Assembly: GCA_031393955.1 (NCBI GenBank)
Contig: JANMWI010000097.1
Coordinates: 15,702 to 79,701, forward strand
Length of the DNA: 64,000 nucleotides
Direction of reading: 5' to 3'
Origin: Acidobacteriota bacterium
Lineage (GTDB): Bacteria > Acidobacteriota > Vicinamibacteria > Vicinamibacterales > 2-12-FULL-66-21
The notes under the pieces: generated by a model
Told to the model about the DNA's origin: nothing
The model's database searches: none
Seen by the model: only the letters and a program-made list of their open reading frames with translations
Made by a program: the position numbers and the translations under genes
Shown: in pieces, positions 58,686-64,000 of the stretch
Numbering within the stretch: the first letter of the stretch is position 1
Layout of the letters: each line of letters starts with the position of its first letter

Positions 58686-59648
58686 GTGGGGGTGAAGGAT
58701 GTGCTGGTCACGGGCGGCTCCGGTTTCCTCGGCCGGCCGATCGTCGACGAGCTGGTGGCGGCCGGCAACCATGTCCGGACGCTGCAGCGCGGCCCGTCGC
58801 AGGCCGGCCCGGCCACGGCACGGTCAGGGGATGTCCGCGACGCCGCGGCGGTGGCGGCCGCGATGGACGGAGTGGATGTGGTCATCCACGCGGCCGGACT
58901 GGCCCACGTGTTCGATGGCGCCGCCACCGCCCCGTTCGAAGACATCAATGCCCGCGGCGCGGCGGTGGTGGCCGGCGCGGCGGTGACGGCTGGTGTCCGC
59001 CACTTCGTGCACGTCAGTTCGGTGGCCGTCTACGGTGCCGGATCGGATGGCCGCGAGGAGGCGATCTGTCGCCCGAATGGACCGTACGCCGCCAGCAAAG
59101 CGGCGGCGGAGACCCGCGTCATCGCGGCGGCCGCGAACTCCGCGATGCGCGTGACGATCCTGCGCCTGGCGACGCTCTACGGCGAAGGGGATCGCGGCAA
59201 CGTCCAGCGGCTGCTGCGGCTCATCGCCGCCGGCCGCTTCATCTGGCTGGGCAGCGGCTCGAACCGCAAGAGCCTGATTCACGTGCGTGATGCGGCCCGG
59301 GCGTGTGCGATCGTCGCCGCGGCCGATGACCGCGGCGAACGCGTCGAAACCTACAACGTCAGCGCCCCTGCCGTGTCGATGCGGGAAGTCGTCGACGAGC
59401 TCGCGCGGGCGGTCGCGAGACCGGTGCCGCGCTGGCACGTGCCGGACGCCGCCGCGAGGGCGCTCGCCGCCGCCGCTGGCTGGGTGCTGCCGTCGAGGGC
59501 CCAGTCCATCGCCAAGTGGCTTGGCGACGACGTCTACCCCGGCGAACGGTTTGCGCGGCGGTTCCGCTTTGAGACGCGGATCCTCCTGCGGGAAGGCATC
59601 GAGCGTCAGGTCGCGGAGTGGCGGGCGAGCGGCGGTGTGGTGTCGTGA
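58686..59648 (+). CDS. NAD-dependent epimerase/dehydratase family protein
   Basis: VLVTGGSGFLGRPIVDELV..G, HAAGLAHV, and YAASKAAAE (YxxxK). GTG 58692 is an alternative start. Confidence 0.8.
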   Translation: MGVKDVLVTGGSGFLGRPIVDELVAAGNHVRTLQRGPSQAGPATARSGDVRDAAAVAAAMDGVDVVIHAAGLAHVFDGAATAPFEDINARGAAVVAGAAVTAGVRHFVHVSSVAVYGAGSDGREEAICRPNGPYAASKAAAETRVIAAAANSAMRVTILRLATLYGEGDRGNVQRLLRLIAAGRFIWLGSGSNRKSLIHVRDAARACAIVAAADDRGERVETYNVSAPAVSMREVVDELARAVARPVPRWHVPDAAARALAAAAGWVLPSRAQSIAKWLGDDVYPGERFARRFRFETRILLREGIERQVAEWRASGGVVS

Positions 59649-60643
59649 CCGCCGGCTTCCTGGTGTCGTTCCTGACGACGTTGATCGCGATCCCGGTGCT
59701 GGCGCGATGGGCCAGGTCGCGCAACCTGCTCGACGTGCCGAACGCCCGCAGCTCGCACACCCGGCCGACGCCGCGGGTCGGCGGTGTCGGGCTGGTCGCC
59801 GGCGTCGCCGCCGGTCAGGCGGCCGCCTCGGCCCTCGGATCGCCGACGCTCGAGCATGCCGTCGTGCTCGCCTCTGGCGCGCTGATCCTGGTCGCGACCA
59901 GTGTCGTGGACGATCTGCGGTCGCTGCCGGCGCTGGTCAGGCTGGCGGCGCAAACCGGGATCGCCGGGGTCGTGGTCTGGCAGGCGGCGCCGGCGGCCGG
60001 CGCCGGCGGACAGTGGCCGATCTGGATCGCGCTGCTGACCGGCGGATGGATTGTCGGGCTCGTCAACGCCTACAACTTCATGGACGGGATCGACGGCATC
60101 GCCGGCGGCCAGGCGATCGTTGCGGCGGCGGCGTGGTCGGCCGTCGGCGTCGCGACCGGCGACGCGGCTGTTGCCGTCGCGGCGTTGACGATCGGCGCGG
60201 GGTGCGCGGCGTTCCTGGTCTTCAACGCCCCCCCCGCCACGGTGTTCATGGGCGACGGTGGCAGCGCTTTCCTCGGCTTCGTGTTCGCTGTCCTGCCGCT
60301 GGGCGGCTCGCGACCGTTCTGGTCGATCGCGGCGGCCGCCTGCTTCGTGTGGCCGTTCCTGTTCGATACCGCGGTCACCCTGCTGCGGCGGCTCGGCCGG
60401 GGCGAGAACGTGCTGCAGGCGCACCGCTCGCATCTCTATCAGCGGCTGACATCGACCGGCCTCAGTCACGCGCGCGTAACCTGGCTCTATGTCGGGCTCG
60501 CGGTGCTGGGACTGCCGGCCGGGATCCCGCTGGCGCTGGGGCGCGGCATGCCGGCGCCGAACGGTCTGCTCATCGCGGCGGCTGCGGCCGGGCTGTGGTG
60601 GTGGGTGGCGCGCCGCGAGCGCCGGAGCGCAGCCACCACCTGA
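59645..60643 (+). CDS. Polyprenyl-phosphate N-acetylhexosamine-1-phosphate transferase (GT4 WecA/WbpL/MraY family)
   Basis: From GTG 59645 (GTGA overlap with the upstream stop). LLDVPNARSSHTRPTPRVGG, VNAYNFMDGIDGIAGG, FLVFNAPPATVFMGDGGSAFLGF. Confidence 0.85.
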   Translation: MTAGFLVSFLTTLIAIPVLARWARSRNLLDVPNARSSHTRPTPRVGGVGLVAGVAAGQAAASALGSPTLEHAVVLASGALILVATSVVDDLRSLPALVRLAAQTGIAGVVVWQAAPAAGAGGQWPIWIALLTGGWIVGLVNAYNFMDGIDGIAGGQAIVAAAAWSAVGVATGDAAVAVAALTIGAGCAAFLVFNAPPATVFMGDGGSAFLGFVFAVLPLGGSRPFWSIAAAACFVWPFLFDTAVTLLRRLGRGENVLQAHRSHLYQRLTSTGLSHARVTWLYVGLAVLGLPAGIPLALGRGMPAPNGLLIAAAAAGLWWWVARRERRSAATT

Positions 60644-61772
60644 CCGCCAGCGCGGCGGGAGCGAACAGCAGCACGCCGAGCGTCAGGAAGTAGTTGAAGA
60701 AGAAGCTGAGGACCAGGGCCGCGAACAGTGGCCCATAGATGACCTGGAAGAATTCGTCGCCGCGCCTTCCCTTGACGTGCACGTATGAAACCGCCAGCTG
60801 GATCAGGCAGACCAGCAGTCCCGCCGCCGCGACGCCGAAGTCGGCGACGAACGGCGAGTAGAACGTGGTGGCGTTGTGGCTGTCGCGCCTGAGCGCGATC
60901 GGGTATTGGTGGGCGACGTAGATTCGATCCCGCACCACCGTCGGCACGATCAGCTGCGTCGAGAAATACGGGAACCCCAACGGCGTAATGCCGTGTGCCT
61001 CCGAGTAATACAGATTGCTGACTGGAGTGGTGAGGTAGAGGTAGACACTGGTCACGCCGTAGGGCAGACCGTTCAGGATCGACGGATATTTCAGGATCGC
61101 TTCGCCGCCGGAGCCGCCCGGGCTGCGGTTCTTCTCGGTCCATCCGAACGCCAGGATGAACAGCACGGCGGCGAGCGCCAGCGCGGCGATGGCTTTCGCG
61201 CGGATCCGCCGGCGCATCAGATAGACGCCCAGCCCGCAGAGCAGGAGGTAGGTCGTGTTGGCGCGTGCCATCTCCAGCACCGAGGAGACGATGAGCAGGG
61301 CGGCGATGACGAGCGCGGTCGCGTTGCGCCGCCGGGTGGCGAGCAGGACGCAGAGCGCAAAAATCAAGGCGCGCAGCATGTTCGCGAAGCCGGAAAGCGT
61401 CGCGACACCGAAGTCGACATACGACTTCGGCTGATGGCGGAGCCGCCACCACAGCGGAATCCCGCCGCTGCGGATGACGATGACAATGAAGAGGACAGTC
61501 CATCCGGCCAGCAGCCACAGGGTCAGCCGCTGCAGCGCCGCCGACTGTTCGTCGTCGAGCGGCGGGGTGGGCAGGGTGGAGCGGCCGGATCGCCACATCC
61601 ACGCGTAGATCACGAAGAACGAGACAATGTTGAAGCCAATCAGCAGCGTGATCGGCGTCGATCGGTCAAAGGTCATCAGGTAGAGGTCCTGGTAGGCCAG
61701 CCACGTCGTTCCTGCCCAGATCAGCAGGAACAGCAGGTCCGGACGACCGAGGTCGAGGCCTCTTTTCAGCAC
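60570..61772 (-). CDS. Oligosaccharide repeat-unit polymerase (Wzy-like)
   Basis: 400-aa polytopic protein with low sequence complexity typical of Wzy (LLFLLIWAGTTWLAY..., ...YYSEAHGITPLGFPYFSTQL...). Its 3' end overlaps the convergent GT4 gene by 74 nt. Confidence 0.6.
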   Translation of the reverse strand: MLKRGLDLGRPDLLFLLIWAGTTWLAYQDLYLMTFDRSTPITLLIGFNIVSFFVIYAWMWRSGRSTLPTPPLDDEQSAALQRLTLWLLAGWTVLFIVIVIRSGGIPLWWRLRHQPKSYVDFGVATLSGFANMLRALIFALCVLLATRRRNATALVIAALLIVSSVLEMARANTTYLLLCGLGVYLMRRRIRAKAIAALALAAVLFILAFGWTEKNRSPGGSGGEAILKYPSILNGLPYGVTSVYLYLTTPVSNLYYSEAHGITPLGFPYFSTQLIVPTVVRDRIYVAHQYPIALRRDSHNATTFYSPFVADFGVAAAGLLVCLIQLAVSYVHVKGRRGDEFFQVIYGPLFAALVLSFFFNYFLTLGVLLFAPAALAVRWWLRSGARGAPPTTTARPQPPR

Positions 61773-63535
61773 GCAGCCGCCCCGTTCCGGACTTGAGGCG
61801 GTCTGAGCCAGTAAAGAACGATGGCATGGAGGGTGACCGTGACCGGGCTCATCAGCATCGGGTTGCCGAACCCCATGATCAGTCCCGACACCAGCGCCGT
61901 GGAGGCGAGCACCCGATGCCGCGTCCGGAATCCTGATGCGAGTCGGACCATCCGTGCCAGCGTCACGGCATAGACGGAGAAGATCACCAGCGCGAAGACC
62001 CCGAACTTGTGAAGCAGGTTGAGGTAATTGTGCTCGAAACCGTAGCTGCCGGGGTCCCGCCGGTCACCGCGCACCGGCGCGCCGAGCCCTCTGCCGAGTA
62101 GATGTAAGTCGGCGATGATCGCGGCGGCCTGCTCACGTCGTAGGCGCTTCGACTCCACGACGGCGTCGGGAAGCCGGCCGATCAGCGAGGGGCGGCGGCA
62201 GCCGTCGACTGCGTACAGCTCGAACGCATAGCGCGACTGCGCCGTGACGGTGATCACATCTGAGCGCACCAGCGGCCGGTCGAAACGGCACGCCGCGAAC
62301 AAGTGCAGCGGCGGCTGAGCGGTCTGGACGATGAGGTAGCGGATGCCGAGCCGATCGACGGCCGCCTTGATATCGCTTCGGCTGCCCTGCTCAATAGCTA
62401 CGATGTCACCCGCGTGCCCGTTACTGGCGCCGGGATAGAGCAGCCCGACCACCGATCCTGCGAACAGCGCGGCGTTGTCGGCGCCGATCCAGATGCGGCC
62501 GTCGGCTGCCACTGTCGACTGGACGGCGGCGATGAAATCAAGGAGCGCCGCCGGGGCAGCGCGGGTCTGGGGCTTCGCGGCTGCGCCCGCGTCGGCCGCA
62601 AACCCCGCCGGCGCTGTGGGACTGGTGGCGGCCGTCGGAGCCTCGGTCGCGGCAGCCATTTCGGAAACGGCCGCCGGCGGCACCGGTTCGGCGACGTAGG
62701 CGAGCAGATGGGCCAGCGGATAGAGACTGAGCGCGATGGTGCCGGCGGCCGCGGCGAGCCGCAGGAGGCCGCCGTGCGTCGCCAGTCGGAGGATGCTTCG
62801 GTTCATGGCAAGAACCGTGACAGCCGCACCCAGCAGGTAGGCGAGCAAAGTGGCCTTGGAGAGACTGATCTGCAGGAATGCGAACAGGTAGGCGTAGAGC
62901 AGCAGCGCGGAGGAGAGGGTGCCGGTGCGCCACGGCCGCCGCGCCGGCGGACTCAGCAGCTGATGGACCAGCAGCGCCGCCGGCGCCAGCAGCAGCATCT
63001 GCGTTTCGGAGTAGTAGTCCCGCACCGCGAAGAAGCGGAAGTACGTGGGATGGGCGGCGACGCGGCCCCACGCTTTGTCGAAGAGAAAGAAGCCGAACAT
63101 GATGACGGCGGTCACGCCGGCTGCGAGGACGACGCAGCGAACCAGGTCGGACCGCCGCACGCCCCTTCCCAGCAACACGTAATAGACCGCGTAGAGCGTC
63201 ATCCCAAAGAAATTGTGGAGGACGTGGAGCGGCGGGTTCTGGGCGGCGAAGCCGCGCACGATCCCGTAGAGCCACACCGCGATCAGGGCGACGGGCATCA
63301 GGTCGTAGGCGAGGAGCGGCCGGGGCAGCCGGAGCAGGTTCGCTTGCCGCCGCACTCCCCGGACGGACGCGAGGACGAGCAGCAGGGCGAACCCCGCGTA
63401 ACTGACCCGGTTATCGGGCGAGGTGACGCTCGTCGCGCCGACCGTTCCGCCGAGGATCAACAGCAGCGAGAACAGGATTGGCCGCTCTGCGGAATGGCTC
63501 AGTCGCGCAAATGTGGAGCGCCTGATCGTGGTCAC
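61766..63535 (-). CDS. O-antigen ligase/Wzy_C-family membrane protein with large soluble insertion
   Basis: Polytopic. GSYGFEHNYLNLLHKFGVFAL resembles the O-antigen-ligase HN.(Y/F)L..L.E.G loop motif. A ~200-aa Ala/Pro-rich plus globular insert precedes it. Confidence 0.65.
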   Translation of the reverse strand: MTTIRRSTFARLSHSAERPILFSLLLILGGTVGATSVTSPDNRVSYAGFALLLVLASVRGVRRQANLLRLPRPLLAYDLMPVALIAVWLYGIVRGFAAQNPPLHVLHNFFGMTLYAVYYVLLGRGVRRSDLVRCVVLAAGVTAVIMFGFFLFDKAWGRVAAHPTYFRFFAVRDYYSETQMLLLAPAALLVHQLLSPPARRPWRTGTLSSALLLYAYLFAFLQISLSKATLLAYLLGAAVTVLAMNRSILRLATHGGLLRLAAAAGTIALSLYPLAHLLAYVAEPVPPAAVSEMAAATEAPTAATSPTAPAGFAADAGAAAKPQTRAAPAALLDFIAAVQSTVAADGRIWIGADNAALFAGSVVGLLYPGASNGHAGDIVAIEQGSRSDIKAAVDRLGIRYLIVQTAQPPLHLFAACRFDRPLVRSDVITVTAQSRYAFELYAVDGCRRPSLIGRLPDAVVESKRLRREQAAAIIADLHLLGRGLGAPVRGDRRDPGSYGFEHNYLNLLHKFGVFALVIFSVYAVTLARMVRLASGFRTRHRVLASTALVSGLIMGFGNPMLMSPVTVTLHAIVLYWLRPPQVRNGAAAC

Positions 63536-63582
63536 GTCGGACCGACAGTCTACCTCCAGTCCCGGATGCTATACTCCCCGCC

Positions 63583-64000
63583 GTGCTGTTGTTTGCCAGC
63601 GTTCTGGCGGCGTTGCTCGCCGGTCCCGAGCCCGCCGCGCTACACGTCCGCTTTCAGCAGCGCTGCGTCAGCGTGACGGCCGACAACGCGCCGCTGCGGG
63701 CGCTGCTCGCGGAATGGGCCCATGCCGGCCAGCTGAAACTGTCTGGTCTCGATCACGTCGCCGATCGCCCTGTCACCCTGCATCTCGCCTGCGTCGATGA
63801 GCGCCAGGCGCTCGAGGCTCTGCTGGTCGATGAGGATCCGCTGCTGGTGCCGCGCGACATCCCCCTCGACGGTGTGTCGTCATTCGTCGCGGTGGCAATC
63901 CTCGGCCGGGATGCGTCGCTGCCGCGCCGGACGGCGCTGCCGGATGTCATCCCCGAACACGCCTATCCGGATCCGATGCCCGGGCGGGACTGGTCGGCGG
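63583..64000 (+). CDS. Hypothetical exported protein, 3' end truncated by window edge
   Basis: Absent from the track because it is open to the edge. From GTG 63583: VLLFASVLAALLAGPEPAALHVRFQQRCVSVTADNAPLRALLAEWAHAGQLKLSGLDHVADRPVTLHLACVDERQALEALL... The third positions are G/C-rich, and the sequence weakly resembles an STN-type short domain. Confidence 0.45.
   Translation, partial: MLLFASVLAALLAGPEPAALHVRFQQRCVSVTADNAPLRALLAEWAHAGQLKLSGLDHVADRPVTLHLACVDERQALEALLVDEDPLLVPRDIPLDGVSSFVAVAILGRDASLPRRTALPDVIPEHAYPDPMPGRDWSA

Overview
The window is a very GC-rich, gene-dense bacterial chromosomal fragment. Third codon positions are almost always G or C, and long shadow ORFs appear in most frames. 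I support about 55 CDS and found no rRNA, tRNA, CRISPR array, transposase or integrase. The gene content (sulfatase, DUF1080, FG-GAP, HEAT, PSP1, exosortase) suggests a soil Acidobacteriota- or Gemmatimonadota-like organism, but that is inference only. Layout, left to right: (1) 1-9.6 kb holds a sulfatase, a porin-like protein, two translationally coupled S8 peptidases and a GH-like TIM-barrel protein. (2) 9.8-15.8 kb (minus strand) is a formate dehydrogenase operon (fdhD, NrfD-type anchor, Fe-S subunit, catalytic subunit). The catalytic subunit carries an in-frame UGA selenocysteine codon and a SECIS hairpin, so the ORF track splits it in two. (3) 15.9-21.5 kb is my best candidate for an undescribed system. 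It is a compact exosortase cassette: methyltransferase, large polytopic membrane protein, an exosortase-like protein made of two exosortase-like halves, and an AdoMetDC-like gene. These sit head-to-head with a DUF3494/ice-binding-like protein ending in a VPTLPEW + TM + RRR (IPTL-type) sorting tail. (4) 21.6-25.2 kb holds a Crp-family regulator, a 120-nt TTGGCACCCCGGCACC tandem array, and an ArsR / persulfide-dioxygenase-rhodanese / TauE sulfur operon. That operon has a canonical sigma-70 promoter and a coupled 37-codon Cys-containing leader ORF. (5) 25.3-27.9 kb holds adk, an LLM oxidoreductase bracketed by perfect 32-bp inverted repeats, and a DUF1080 protein. (6) 28-33.7 kb is housekeeping (PBP1A, holB, PSP1, pdxA, smpB). 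(7) 33.8-64 kb is a split surface-polysaccharide region (DegT, rmlD ... rmlA, rmlC, gmd, CapD-like, epimerase, GT4, Wzy-like, O-antigen-ligase-like). It is interrupted by a two-component system, a secreted PLD-like multidomain protein, three large secreted proteins sharing novel modules, and a HEAT protein divergent from a TM-spermidine-synthase-like-TM protein. Start codons are often uncertain, because the ORF track takes the longest ORF and also uses GTG/TTG starts.
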